64,000 nt of DNA from the human T2T-CHM13v2.0 reference genome, Homo sapiens: the NCBI RefSeq assembly GCF_009914755.1, contig NC_060944.1; one strand, given 5' to 3'. The position numbers and the translations under genes are program-made. Below, one piece after another: positions 1 to 14,384 of the stretch. The notes beneath the pieces are model-generated. The model was given only the letters and a program-made list of their open reading frames with translations, had not been told where the DNA came from and searched no databases. Numbering within the stretch: position 1 is the stretch's first letter; the number at the start of each line of letters is the position of its first letter.

Positions 1-1099
1 TCACCAATTATCTCCAGATCAATTTCTGAAGCACATGTTTGGGAGGCCGAAAATAATTTCTCATGTGCAAGTATTGCAGGTCAAATGTCAGCTTCGGGGA
101 CAGAGGTTGTGTTTTATAGACGCATACTTTAATGTGATTCTCATACTCTGGTTTATGATTTGCCTTTTCAAAGTGAATATTTCCACTCTGTTGGCCAGAG
201 CGCTGGTCTTACTGTTGATTATGTGTCAAGACTTGAACATCATCCCACATTGTCTGAAAACTGAGCTCTTCCATGGCTTTGCACTGTGCAGTGTGATGAG
301 AATGTAAAGAATAACCTGGTCTGAGAATGTCCAGTATTAAAAAAGGAAGAAGAGAAACCTGTAAGTAAGAAAGCAGATTTTTCTGAGTGCCCATTTTCTG
401 AAGGAATTTCTGCTGACTTTGCAGCCCAGCGCCCTAGTTCCCAATACGCCTAACTCCATTTCCTGCAATGCACCTTTTCTAGATAATTGTTGTCTCAGAA
501 GGGTGGGAATGTATTTATTTTTCTCAATATGACAATATATTTCTTTCAAAGGAGATATTGCAATAATAAGGATTATTGCAGTTTCTTACAAGAGAAATGT
601 TTGATGTTGGGGTAACATTTTTTATCATGCTTTGTTTGCATATACTCTAAATTGTGTAGCACAATCTATTTTCAGTATTCTCTCCACCTGGCAGTTAAAA
701 CTAATGTCAATGTGGTGGGAGGAAACTTGTACTCCTGATAAATTTCAAAAGCCTGTCCCCCTTCCTCAGGAACAGCCTATACCCATGTTAGAAATTCTAA
801 TTCCTTTTTAAATAGTTTTACTTTAATTTAAAGAAAGCTCAGGCATAGAATAAAATGCCCACTAATTATGGAATCTAAATTTCTCTATCAAACTCACATT
901 GAGAATGTAAAATTGTATATTGGACCTATGAGACACGCAGATAGACAATTCCAGTATGGAATTTGCAGGCTACTTAATTTGAATTTATCAACAGTTTATT
1001 TATTTATCTTGTTAAATATAAAATAATTCCTTCTAGTGGTTCCTTTTCCTACTGTGCCTTTGACATATTTGAGAATATTAAGTGAAATGATATTTATTT

Positions 1100-1412
<313 letters not shown>

Positions 1413-1969
1413 AGGATATTTATTTTAACTTGTCCCAGATCAGCAATACATTCTGACTCCATATTTGTTTTCTTCAAAGTTTGTAGTAGATATAATGTTT
1501 GAGGGTAGTTTCATTTGATTCTAACTAAATACACATCAGTTCCATTTAGTTAAGTGAAATTAGAGAACTGGCACTGGGGATAATGCCAAAAAAGTATTTA
1601 ACAAATTATCCCCAGAGATGTTACTTGATCTCAGGTTCTTGTCCTACAAAAGACTAAAATGTTTTGTAAAGATATTATGTCCTAAATCCTTGCTATCACC
1701 TGCAATAGAGGAACTCCTCAGTGGTCCTAGGTGGTCTACTTTTTCCTCTTTATACTCTTGTCCATGCCATGTGTCACGAATGTAGATATTACAGATAGAA
1801 ATTCATAATGCTAAGAAAACAAAGATGACAGATGCTCTCATTTTGAAAATAAATAATAGTGCCTGCCATTTTTCAAATGTACTTTTACCTGTTTTGTGGG
1901 CAGATTGTTTTACAAAAAAAAACAAAAAACAAAAAAAACAATTACAGTTCTAGACATCCGTAGATATTT

Positions 1970-2110
1970 TGTGGTTTTGCCACTGGCCACAAACCACATT
2001 TAAAGAAAATTCTTGCGACTTTTACTGTCACTGATTTGGCGAGACTTTCAGCAAACAAATTGTTTCAGGACATTGACGTCAGTAAAGTATGGTGCGCTGG
2101 ATGATGCGAT
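1970..2110. promoter_or_regulatory. Candidate enhancer with RUNX x2, FOX-like and CRE motifs
   Basis: TGTGGTTT at 1970-1977 and AAACCACA at 1991-1998 in inverted orientation, GCAAACAAA near 2051, perfect TGACGTCA at 2074-2081, several retained CpGs. Confidence 0.35.
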
Positions 2111-2539
2111 ATTTCTCTTATAAAGAGTACTCAACACATTGCTCACTCTTCAGTCAGAGTTGGTAAACATTTGTACTGTTCTTAGAGACAAAAGGACATA
2201 CGAGCAAACTTTTAAAAATCGGAATTTTCAATATGATTATGGGCACTAACATTTTTCATTCATTGAAGATTTTAAGAAGAGGATATAAATTATTTTTAAA
2301 TTGAAAGATATAAAACTCAAGCCTGTCTAAATGACTTCAAATTATTTAAAGTATTCACTGAAAGAAAATTAAGTTTGTAGAATTAAACTATTTTTCATTG
2401 AGCCAACTGTTATGTGATACTTAGAAATTTGTTTTCACATCTCTCATTTAATCCTGAAGTCCACCCTTCTGTAGATGTTATTACTTCTATTTTACAAATA
2501 AGGAAACTAAATGCCAGATAAAGATATTATATGTTAGAA

Positions 2540-2720
2540 TAGTGGGTTTCCACAGTTACTTGCATATTAGAATCACCTGGAGAGCTTCAAAAATATTGAT
2601 GCCTCCATCCTAGCCCCACAAATTATGGTTTATTTGGTCTAGAGTGTAACCAGGGCTTTGGAATTTTGAAGAGATTCCTAACTGGCTCCACTGTAAAGAT
2701 AAATTCAGAAAACCCTTGGT
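2540..2720. mobile_element. MER5A-like hAT-Charlie MITE
   Basis: tgcatattagaatcacctggagagctt...gattcctaact core typical of MER5. Confidence 0.7.
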
Positions 2721-2949
2721 CACAAGCGAGAATCACGTACTCTTTTATGTGGAAGTTCTTAGAAGTTATTCATGTTCTACATTTCATTAAATGTAATCTA
2801 GGGTATTTATCAGAACAGTCTAAAATTTGAGAATACAGGACTACTATTCTCAATATCACACTTTCACAAGAGAGATTCTTTTCCTTCTGGCTTAGTGATC
2901 ACCTACATGCCTACTACATAGTTTTGTCATTATATATGGTCACAATAAT

Positions 2950-3180
2950 GTCTAAATTTGATGAGTACTTCCTCTGTGCCAGACTTGACTTTACAAGTGA
3001 CTCTTCAAGTGTCCATAATGCTGTAAGGCAGTCTATTTACTCCTCTTGGATGTGGGGAACCTGAGACACAGACTGGTGCTGTAGCTTGCTAAAGGCCCCA
3101 GGGCTAGCAGAGTGGCAAAGACAAGATTCAGATCTAATCTGCCAGAATGTCTTGCCCATATTCCTGATCACCACACCGCC
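2950..3180 (-). mobile_element. MIR SINE fragment
   Basis: gatgtggggaacctgagacacaga...cttgctaaaggcccca resembles the MIR core. Confidence 0.55.
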
Positions 3181-3999
3181 TAATACGACTTCCATATCTG
3201 TGGATGATAATGATAAAATATTTTCAGGTAGGAGTGACCTGCACAGCTAACAGTCAAGTGTTCTTGTAAAATCAATCATTGAGGCTATTTTGACTTTAAT
3301 TTCTTTTCTAAGGCTCTGGCTTTCCTTCATTCTAGCTCAGAAACCATAACTGGGTGCCTGATCTTGCTTCTTTCTCCCTTTCTCAAAATATATTACTGTG
3401 TTCCCACTGACTGTTCATTCATTTAACAATGAAAGAAAAAAATAGAATCCAATTCCTGGAAGCTACTGTTACTTGGGATTTCTGTCGCACACAGCTAAAG
3501 TCTTCTTAAAATTATTCACAGAAGATGGAATTAAATATAGACAAGGCTCAGTCAATAAAAGGCGCAAAAATTTCATGAAGAACTTTGAGAAAGACACCCA
3601 CATGTCCATAAGCAGAGCAGCTGAGTAGAAAGCAATAGATCCCCTGTGAATTTCCCTACAGCACACTGAACTTCAAGAGTTTTTCCACTGTATTTCATGG
3701 CCTATTGATCCTAAAACAGTGTTTTAAGAAACTATATAGAAAATATAGACATATTTTCTTCTTAGGAATTATGTTTGTGCATGTGTTAATGACCCAAATA
3801 GTATCTAACAGAACGGACTTCAAATCACATGTTGTACTACTACACAATATACTCTATAATCCTGTGTGTGCAGAAAATTCAATGATTGTGAAAAAATACA
3901 GCAGTTTAATATAAAAGTTCAACATTTAGTTCAAGGACCTAAGAATGTCAGATAGTAATAAAAATCAACCTACAATTAGATGAATGATGATTTATTTTG

Positions 4000-5800
4000 T
4001 ATTACTTTGAATACCAAGATAATATTCTATTAATAAAAGCTTCCATGCAGAATAAAGTGAGAGCTATTGAGATACCATCAGACTTTTCTTCCACAGCACT
4101 ATATAAAATGGGGCATTGGAGAAGTATTTTTAGAGTTTCAGGAGAAAAGTTTGTGACCCAAGATTTCTAACCTCAGCCAAATCAACATTCATTAGTGAGA
4201 GCAGAACAACCTTCTCAGACACAAAATGACTCAGGAAGTATGCTACCCATTTATCTGTCTTGAAAAGATTACTCAAGGAAGTGCTTCATTCAACCAAGAA
4301 ATGAATCAAAACCAATAAATTAACTCAATTTGAGGGTATGTGTGGTTCAAAGGAAAAGGCAGTGAGTAATGAACTTAACACAGAGTTGGTGTCTGAGTAA
4401 TTGTTATAAACATAGTTATGAAACTTGACAAACGTCAAAAACTAACTCATGGATGGAAAAGAACATATTGTTAAAAACAAATTAACAGCAATATCCAGTT
4501 TTATTTCAATAAAATAAGAATAGTAACAGGACTGAGGAAGAAAGAAGAAATGCCAGTATTTTAAATTTCTTATTCTGATATAGTAGAAGAATCATGTTTT
4601 ATCAATAACGTTTATTGATTTATTTACCCATTTAGCAAATAGTTGTTCAGCATTTTCCTGTGCAAAGATCTGGTTCAAAGTTGGTGTGGCAGAGATTAAC
4701 AAGCAGGACTGGCTCTCTATTCATACTGCATACAATTTAATTTACAAATTAGATTGTTTTTAATGTGAAAAAGAAGAGGGTAAAGATAGTGTATGTAACT
4801 TAAAATCACTATAGCAAGTAAAGCGTTAAGAAAGTTTAAGCGATATTTCAAAAAATAGAAACAAAGATCAGATGGGAAACAAGAAAGCCATAAATGCAAA
4901 AGTCATGAAATGAAGTTCATGAGAAATTTCAGTCAACTTGTATAGATTTAACATTTGTTAAAAGAAAGTGATTTTTAGATTACATTAAACTATTTTTAGA
5001 TGTAAACAGGAGACACTAATAAAATGTGATGACAATATTTTCAGCAAAATAGATGAATGGGCAAACTATGACAGGAAAATGTAGACAAAAAACAAAGGCA
5101 GTGAATAAATACAAGAAAAAGTAGAATTCTAGGCAAAATTATTAAATTTAAAAAAGAGAAACATTTTATATTGATAAGGGTTTAGTTCACAGTGAAGCAG
5201 TAATAAACTGTTAGGCATCAGATAACATTCGAAATATATGTAAAACACAAATAATTACACTTAAGCAAATTAAAATTATACCTATATATAATTAAAATGA
5301 TTTGACATTGCTATTTCTTCATCAATGCTAGATGTAACAGACAAAAATTATATTTAAAACATCATATAAATTTAATGATTTAAAAAATGAGCTGATTAAG
5401 CAGCTACATACACACGTGATACACATATTAATGGAACATATATAAAAACCAATTCTACTGTAGTTAAAAAAATTCTAATTATATTCTAAATTGTAGAACT
5501 TAGCCACATACTTTGATCATACCGAAATAAAACTAGAACTTAAAAAGAGAAGAATGACAGTTAAGACTCAAACTACTTAGAATGTTAACAAATAAATCTC
5601 CTAAGTAAATATTTGGCCAAATAAAAAAATCAAAGCTAAAGATTTAGAGAATTTAGAAAATAACAATAATGATAATTGTTAAGGAATATATGTAAAAATT
5701 TATGAAAGGTTCTGTAAACCTATACTCAATGGAAAATAATATTTTAATAATAATATTAATATAAATAAGCATTTGAGTCAAAGAGCTAGAAAAATAAAAA
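4000..5800 (+). mobile_element. Ancient L1M (L1ME-like) ORF1/ORF2 remnants
   Basis: A-rich degenerate L1 motifs, e.g. gaaataaaactagaac and ccaagatttctaacctcagccaa. Confidence 0.55.
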
Positions 5801-6147
5801 TTTGATATATTGAAATGTAGTACATTTATAATCTTTAAAAATAATTATATCTTTTTAAATATTATGACTTTATCATTTGTATATCATCAGCCAAAGAACT
5901 GCCCATTTCAATAGTGGCTTTTATAACATTAAAGACAAAAATACGTGGTTCTTAGGTCAGTTTCAGGGAAATAGTTTTTCTTTTCCTCAAATTTGTTGGT
6001 TTATGATTTTTAAACTAAATTTGTCTTTAAATTGTATGTGCAATTTACAGCTTACTTTAGTTTGCACCCCATTATCCTCAGGTTAATCATCTATTTTGCA
6101 CTGTGTTTAATTTTTAAACCAATCCCAAATGGACTTAGTGGCATGAC

Positions 6148-6371
6148 AGTGCTCTGCTAGTAAATGTTTAACAGCCAGGACACTGTGTGTTGGGGGTGAG
6201 GAGGTGTGTGTGGTGGCTCAGGGGCACTGCAGATTTAAAGCATTTGCTACTTTCTGTGATGTAGAGTCTCACCATGTCCAATTTCATGCTACCACCTTGA
6301 GGATACTGAATGTAAAACTGGGAAAAGATGCACAGAATTAGCTCTTGCTATCTAGTGCAAACACACCAATG
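6148..6371. mobile_element. MER63-like hAT MITE
   Basis: Termini cagtgctctgctagtaaatgtttaacagcc and acacaccaatg. Confidence 0.6.
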
Positions 6372-6402
6372 CACATATACTGAATGTATGAGTACCTAAT
6401 GA

Positions 6403-6472
6403 TGGGTGGATGGATAGATGGGTGGAGGGAGGCAGGGAGGGAGGGAGGCAGGTAGGGATGGAAGTAGGGAGG
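6403..6472 (+). repeat. GGAT/GGAG purine-rich simple repeat
   Basis: gggtggatggatagatgggtggagggaggcagggagggagggaggcagg. Confidence 0.8.
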
Positions 6473-6966
6473 AGATAAAATTATTCCTTGAAAAGGATAC
6501 CAAATTAGCCAATATATTCTGTTGATTAGTTTTTTTTAAACAAAAAAAATTTAAGCTTGGTCTTTCAATGCCATTTCTGAGCTAATATATTTTGTTGAAA
6601 ATCTTTAAACGACTATGAGGGACCATTAAAATATCAGTATCAGGAATAAACAGAATAGGAATTCTGTTATAATCAGATACAGCTTTGAAATAGATTTGAA
6701 AGTTTCTCTTAAAAGTACTGGTCAGTACTCTGCTCCTTGGTTCAGCAACCACAATTCACTGCACTCCAACAGTTCTTAACTAACACTTGTGTACTTGTGT
6801 AACCTTAACTACTAGATAGTTATCGTTGATAAACTGCCCAAAGTTCTAAAACATTAAGTTCTATAATTGAAGGAACACTACAACTTTCAGCAACTCCCTT
6901 AAGTTAGACAAGGAAAGTAGTGATTCTACTCTTGATACAATTTTTTTAAGGACTAGCCTATGACAG

Positions 6967-7096
6967 CCCATTTATGCCTAGTGTTCCATTATTGGAACGC
7001 TAAGCAGGTGGGAGTTATTTATATCCTACTGCGCAAGGTCATAGCCAAGGTCTGATTGTAAAAATTCAAAAACTTGCAACCTCAGACATACATGGG
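6967..7096 (+). mobile_element. MER85 piggyBac (PGBD3-derived) MITE
   Basis: Left TIR cccatttatgcct, right TIR agacatacatggg, internal palindrome gttccattattggaac at 6983-6998, TTAA at 7097-7100. Confidence 0.93.
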
Positions 7097-7874
7097 TTAA
7101 ATTCTTAGTTAAGTGGTGCATAATTTACATTTTGTCCCCACTATATCGACTAGAAATCTGAAGGCCTGAGAGAGCTCTTACCTAGTGAATGGCTGGGTTC
7201 CTTGACTCAGATGTATGAGATACTAAGCCCAGCACACAAACTTTATAAATGTTTTTGAACTGATCTTTTTGCTAATTAGTCTAGGTTCTAGATTCATTAA
7301 ATTGAGTTTGTATATATACACACATATATATAAAAAATATATATATAAATCTTACCACAACTCAACCATTACAGGCCTCACTATTTCATTTGTCAAGTCC
7401 TAGTCCCAGTTTGAAATTTTAAAACAGTAAAATATAATGAAATTCACATACAACTAAAATCTTTAAGTTCAACACAGTAACAAAAGTGTTCTTTGACTAT
7501 AATATTATTCTTGGTGAGAAGTACAACTAATCATTTGGTATAATTCCTATTGCTTGTAATTGCTCCTCTTAGATTTTTTTTCCTCCAGATTTCATCTTAC
7601 CCCCTCAAGATGCTACCATCAAATGTGAAAAGAAGACAATTTGTGATCCAAAAAGCAAACCCCCAAAGCAGTAACATTACATCTTAAATCTTTCCAATTA
7701 CACCTCCAGCTACTAAGCGGTTAATATTTTGCCTTCTCTACAGACCACTGTCAAATCTTCATGCAGATGACTTGGAGCAGTTGTGCTGGATTTGCAAAGT
7801 ATATTTGCAAAGACATGGAGGAGACGATAAAAACAGTTGCTTTGTTATGAAAATATACACATACATATAGTATG

Positions 7875-8045
7875 ATGGGTGCTGCAATAGACGTGGGAGT
7901 ACACGTACCTCTTCGAGAGCCTGATTTCATTTCCTTTGGCTGTATACCCAGAAGTGAGATTGCTGGGCCATACTGTAGTTCTATTTTTAACTTTCTGAGG
8001 CACTCTCCTACTGTTTTCCACAACTGCTCCATCTTTTTACATCCG
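7875..8045 (-). mobile_element. L1 ORF2 3' fragment, inverted 5' part of an L1MA/MB insertion
   Basis: Minus-strand ORF reads LWKTVGECLRKLKIELQYGPAISLLGIQPKEMKS, matching the ORF2 C-terminus. Confidence 0.85.
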
Positions 8046-8049
8046 TACC

Positions 8050-8380
8050 ATATGTGACCATATGGATGAACCTGGAGGACATTATGCTAAGCGAAATAAG
8101 CCAGTCACAGAATAACAAATGCTGCATTATTCCACTTATAGGAGGTATCTAAAATAGTCAAACTCATAGAAACAGAAAGTGAAATGGTGGTTGCCTGGGG
8201 CTGGGGGAAGGGGAAATAGGAAGTTGCTGTTCAATGGATATATAGTTTCAGTCATGCAAGATGAATAGGTTCTAGAGATCTGCTGTACAGCATTGTGTCC
8301 ATACTTAATACTGTATTGTGCACTTAGAGTTTGTCAAGAGGCTAGATCTCATGCTAAGTGTTTACCACAATAAAAAATGT
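8050..8380 (+). mobile_element. L1MA/L1MB 3' end
   Basis: atggatgaacctggaggacattatgctaag...aataaaaaa is an old L1 3' UTR. Confidence 0.85.
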
Positions 8381-8738
8381 TTAATTAGAAAATGCTAAAT
8401 AAAATACTAGCAAATTTTAAAAATAAAGAACCAGGATATTGTCTATTTAAAGAGTTTCCAACATTATAGAGTAAATAGATGATTATTTTAGAATCACTTT
8501 ATGCATGTTCCACTTAAACATGCCAAAGGAACTTTCTGCTAATGAACATGTTAATAACTGGAATATCATGTTCAAATCTGCAAAGGAGGGATGCAACACC
8601 TATTTAAAGGAAAATTCTTACATATTTCTATGTAGGCATTGAAAATTTCTAAAAGAGCAGCTATCAGAAATCACAAAATTTATAAAAGAATAAAGGAATA
8701 ATTCAGTGATTTATGGAAGCCATGCTGCAAATAATTAA

Positions 8739-9852
<1,114 letters not shown>

Positions 9853-9969
9853 GAAATGGCATCAACATGAAGCTGCCCATTCCACTGAAGTTCTGAAATC
9901 TTTCATCATGTAAATAATTTCCATATTTCTCTTTTATAATAAACTAATGATAACTAATGACAAAAAAAG
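9853..9969 (+). pseudogene. HSPE1 (HSP10) 3' UTR fragment with polyA signal and A-tail
   Basis: gaaatggcatcaacatgaagctgcccattccactgaagttctgaaatcttt...AATAAA(9938-9943)ctaatgataactaatgac matches my recollection of the HSPE1 mRNA 3' UTR; followed by an A-run at 9962-9968. Confidence 0.8.
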
Positions 9970-10164
9970 AAAGATTTAAGTTGAAAATAGAAAAAAGTAG
10001 GACGTGCCTAAATATCAGTATAAGAATAAAAAGTGGAGTTTTCTTGTCTCTTCTATCAACTTAATATCCCAAGCATCAACGTAGATTGATGACTCTCTCT
10101 AACATTAAAAAAAGAGGAAATAATAACATAATTAAAAAGAAAAACAGAAAAAAATAGTGAAATG

Positions 10165-10885
10165 CAATCACTTCCACCACTGTGACTTTGGTCCCGGTCT
10201 TCCTCATTTCCAGTCTCCGATTATAGCAATAGCATCTTAACTGGTTTCTCTGCTTCCAAGCTTATACATTACCTTCTGTTCTCCACGTGGTAGTTAGAAT
10301 AATCCCTAGACAACTAAAATCAGATGAAGTTATTCCTGTGGTTGAAACATCACATTCTGGATTAAATGCTTTCTGTAGTCTAAAATGTCCTAAGCATATA
10401 GGACATTTTATGTTTTAGACTTCATCTCCAATGACTTTCTCTTTTTCTTTCAGCAATTCAGTTTCATGGGCCTTTTCGTGATTCCTTAAATGTGCCAGGG
10501 ATGCTTTTGCCCCCTTTATCTTTGTAGCCTTTCTTTCCTCTTCTCGAGATATTCTTCTCCCAAATATCTGTGGAGCTAATTCCCTCGCTTTAATCCAGCT
10601 CTGCTTGGGTGTCGCCTCATCAGAAAATCCTTTCTCAACTCCACTATCTAAAAAAGCCCACTCAGACACTTCCTATTCCCTCATGCATCTTTATTTTCTT
10701 TAAAGGACATTTTAGCTGACCTATGACATGTCGATTTGTTCATTATTCACTTGCTCCCTTCTTCCCAATAAGAATGTAAACTACGTGCTAGGTGGGACTT
10801 TATGGGTTTGGTTCACTCTGATGCCCCCAGAACCTAGTACCTTTACTAAAGTAGGTCTTCACACATTTGCTGAGTGAATGAAGTA
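10165..10885 (+). mobile_element. L2 (L2a-like) 3' region
   Basis: Ends in the L2 terminus ccccagaacctagtac...atttgctgagtgaatgaa. Confidence 0.75.
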
Positions 10886-11095
10886 ATAAAACCAAGTGAT
10901 ATGTTCACGCAACGGAAAACTATACAGCAGTTCACATCAATAAACTAAATAAATATTATCAGCCTGGAAAATATGTCAAACCACAATGCTGAGAAAAAGC
11001 AAGTTGAAGAATATTATGTTGAAATTGAAGACATTTAAATCAAAGTGGCCTAGTTTGGAGAATCTGTATTACTTCCTCTACCAAAACATTCAAAG

Positions 11096-11098
<3 letters not shown>

Positions 11099-11131
<33 letters not shown>
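11099..11131 (+). repeat. (CA)n microsatellite
   Basis: About 16 CA units. Confidence 0.97.
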
Positions 11132-11132
<1 letters not shown>

Positions 11133-12645
11133 CAATTATTTATAATTTTAAGATGAGAAAGCTGAGTCCCAGGAAGTGTGATCACTTGCCTTAAGTCACA
11201 GAGCCATGTGTGAGTAATGACATGGGGCAAGGACTGAAAATGACCAGTTTACTTGCCTCCTTCATTCTTCCAATGACCTTAATAGTGCTAAGAATTTTAT
11301 GCAAAATAGCACTCAGATATGAGCTTCCTGAGAGCTCCTCAGTGAAAGCAGGACCACCACTATTCTCTCTTTCCTTCTTTCTCACCATTACCATAGGTAA
11401 AGTAAGTATGAATATTACTCCAAAAATGTGAATGCAAAAAGCACATCATTTCTTTCTTTTTCTTGTCTCTTATAGTGTACACCATGCCGCCTACATGGCG
11501 CAAAATTTACTCAGGACTTATCAATGCCCACCCTCCCCTCACACCACTGATCTGTGAGGGCTCAGAGATTGTATATAAAGAAAAATATTCATGCAGGCCC
11601 TTCAGTCATCCTTGGGTCACCCTGATCATTATGGAATGGCTTAATGTCCAGGTTTGCATCTTTCTTGCAGCCCCTAATTAAGGACCATGCTTGAGCAACA
11701 TGCAAGCTCTGTGCTCTGGGGAGCCTTGAAATGCTTTAAATCCACCACATGGACAGTGATTCTTCTACCACTTTCCATGGGTTCCCACCACTCATAACAT
11801 CCCCCAAATTTTGTGGGAGTTGTCTTGGGAATACCTTCTTACCTCACCTGGTGGTCTCGCCTGCCACGTATATCATGTTGTCAGTTGTCTTGGGCTAATG
11901 GAAAAAGAAGGTGGGCAGGGATGGGGAGGATCAGTGGGAAGATGAGTGGAAGGCAGATCCCGAGTGCAGTGGTGTATGAAGCCTACCCATAAATAAAAGC
12001 CAAGCTACAATTGTGATGTAAGCAAGGAAGGAGCAGTTCATGATGCCGTGAGGGACTTTGCAAGAATTTCTTGAGAAATTCCCAGTCAGCAGAGGCCTAA
12101 GGTATAAGTAAGGGTTAAGAAAGGGCAGCAGGATGAAGAGCATCCTGGGGGAAAAAAAAGCTGCTGCAATGAAACAAAGTGGGAGGGAACATGGTGCACG
12201 TGCCACACAGTAAGTGCTCGGTAAATGCGCGTTACTGTAATAATAACTTATTATTATCACTATTTAGGGTATATATCCAAATAAGATATTTTTCTCTGTT
12301 CAGAACAGAGATGTTTGGAAAATTAAGCATAAATACAATTGAAAACGTGAGAAACATCCAATACAGGAAGTAAAAAGAGAGACAATCAAAGCCATGGATG
12401 TGAGCCTGACGGGTTTCACCCAGCCCTAACTAAGAGAGGCAAAGGACAGCACTCATGAACAGCCAGATCAGAGGGGGGAAAAAAGACTTTTCCTGGGAAG
12501 GCTGGGTTTGTAAAGGAACATTAGGGAAAGAGAGAGAACAACATGATAAGCTGCATTCTCACACATTTAAGATACAATTCCTTTCCCCACCCCAACTCTC
12601 CAGGTTTCCTGAATTAATTGGAAGGAAACTGTTATATTTCCTTAA

Positions 12646-13003
<358 letters not shown>

Positions 13004-14140
13004 AATGTTTCCTTATTTCTATTTTTATACTAGTAGAAGTTTCAACTGACCAGTCTCCACTGAATGATACACTAAGCCAAGATATTTTAATTTTCTCTAA
13101 TAAATGTTTTCACTTCTTTTCTTTTCTCTTTTCTCTTATCTCCCAAGCACAGCCATCCCACCATAGGAAAATAGAAAGAAAACTTAAAATTTACCAATGG
13201 ATAGGGCATCAGTCCACTCAAACAGAAAACAGTAAGTGCTGCAATGTGTAGCAAGATCTGCTTATTATATCTTTAGTTTCCTTCAAGAAGACATATGGTT
13301 GAATTCGGGAACCCATTTCTTCTTCCCCCTGAAACTTACAAAAGAGTGGTACACAACTTCCTCTTTCCTTCTCTCTTCTCCCCCCATTCCCTATCCACAC
13401 AAGCTCCTACCCATCCCCATAGCCTCAGGCTCCTGAAGTGATGAGATCACAGGCTTGGGCCACCATGCTGGCTGAAGATACTCTTTTAGGGGTAGATGGA
13501 GACCCTGTCACTGACGATTTGACTCCTGTTTTCTGGCCAGTTCTTCTGAAGCCTGTGCTTAATATAACCACAGAATGTACCTTTTGAAACTTCTCCAGCA
13601 ACTGAAGTAGGTGACAATCTAAACATAAAAGTACTTAGAAATTCCAGTTATCATTTTGAAACAGTGTTCCTTTTGTTTCAAGATTCACATTGGATTAGAT
13701 TAGTTTGGCCCTGAGAATACATATTGCTTGCCAGTGATCTCCAGACATCCTTAACACTGCCCCAAAATAAAACTAGACCCCCAGCCCCAGGAAAAGATCA
13801 ACATTGATAAAGGACACAGCATGGTGTGTGTTTGCTCAGGATTTGTGTCTTCTTAATTAAATATTTTTCAGCCCCTGTCTCAGAAAATGGAAAGCACAAT
13901 TGAAGTAACACAAGGCACATAGTGTTTTAAGATTGTCTATGAAATGGAAACTAAAGGCCACAATATTATACTGTAGCTATTACTAAGTAACTTTCAAGGC
14001 TATTCTTTGAGAACACAAACAATAGACCAAAAAGTCATAAAATGTGTTAATTTTATTAAACAAAAAATGATTGTGTAACATTTCCTAAAAGTGATATTAT
14101 CATTATATAACCCTCACTGATAATAATAGATGGGTGGATC

Positions 14141-14384
14141 TTTTTTTTTTACTTATTTTATTTTATTATTATTATACTTTAAGTTTTAGGGTACATGTGC
14201 ACAACGTGCAGGTTTGTTACATATGTATACATGTGCCATGTTGGTGTGCTGCACCCATTAACTTGTCATTTAGCATTAGGTATATCTCCTAATGCTATCC
14301 CTCCCCACTCCCCCACCCCACAACAGTCCCCGGTGTGTGATGTTCCCCTTCCTGTGTGCATGTGTTCTCATTGTTCAATTCCCA
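14141..14384 (-). mobile_element. L1PA4/5-like 3' end
   Basis: tatactttaagttttagggtacatgtgcacaacgtgcagg is the reverse L1PA 3' UTR, preceded by a T-tail. Confidence 0.93.

Noticed and set aside
213-358. Minus-strand exon candidate (acceptor ctttcttacttacag, donor ACA|gtaaga)
   Set aside because: Isolated, peptide unrecognised, and the same bases also read as a plus-strand donor; not supportable
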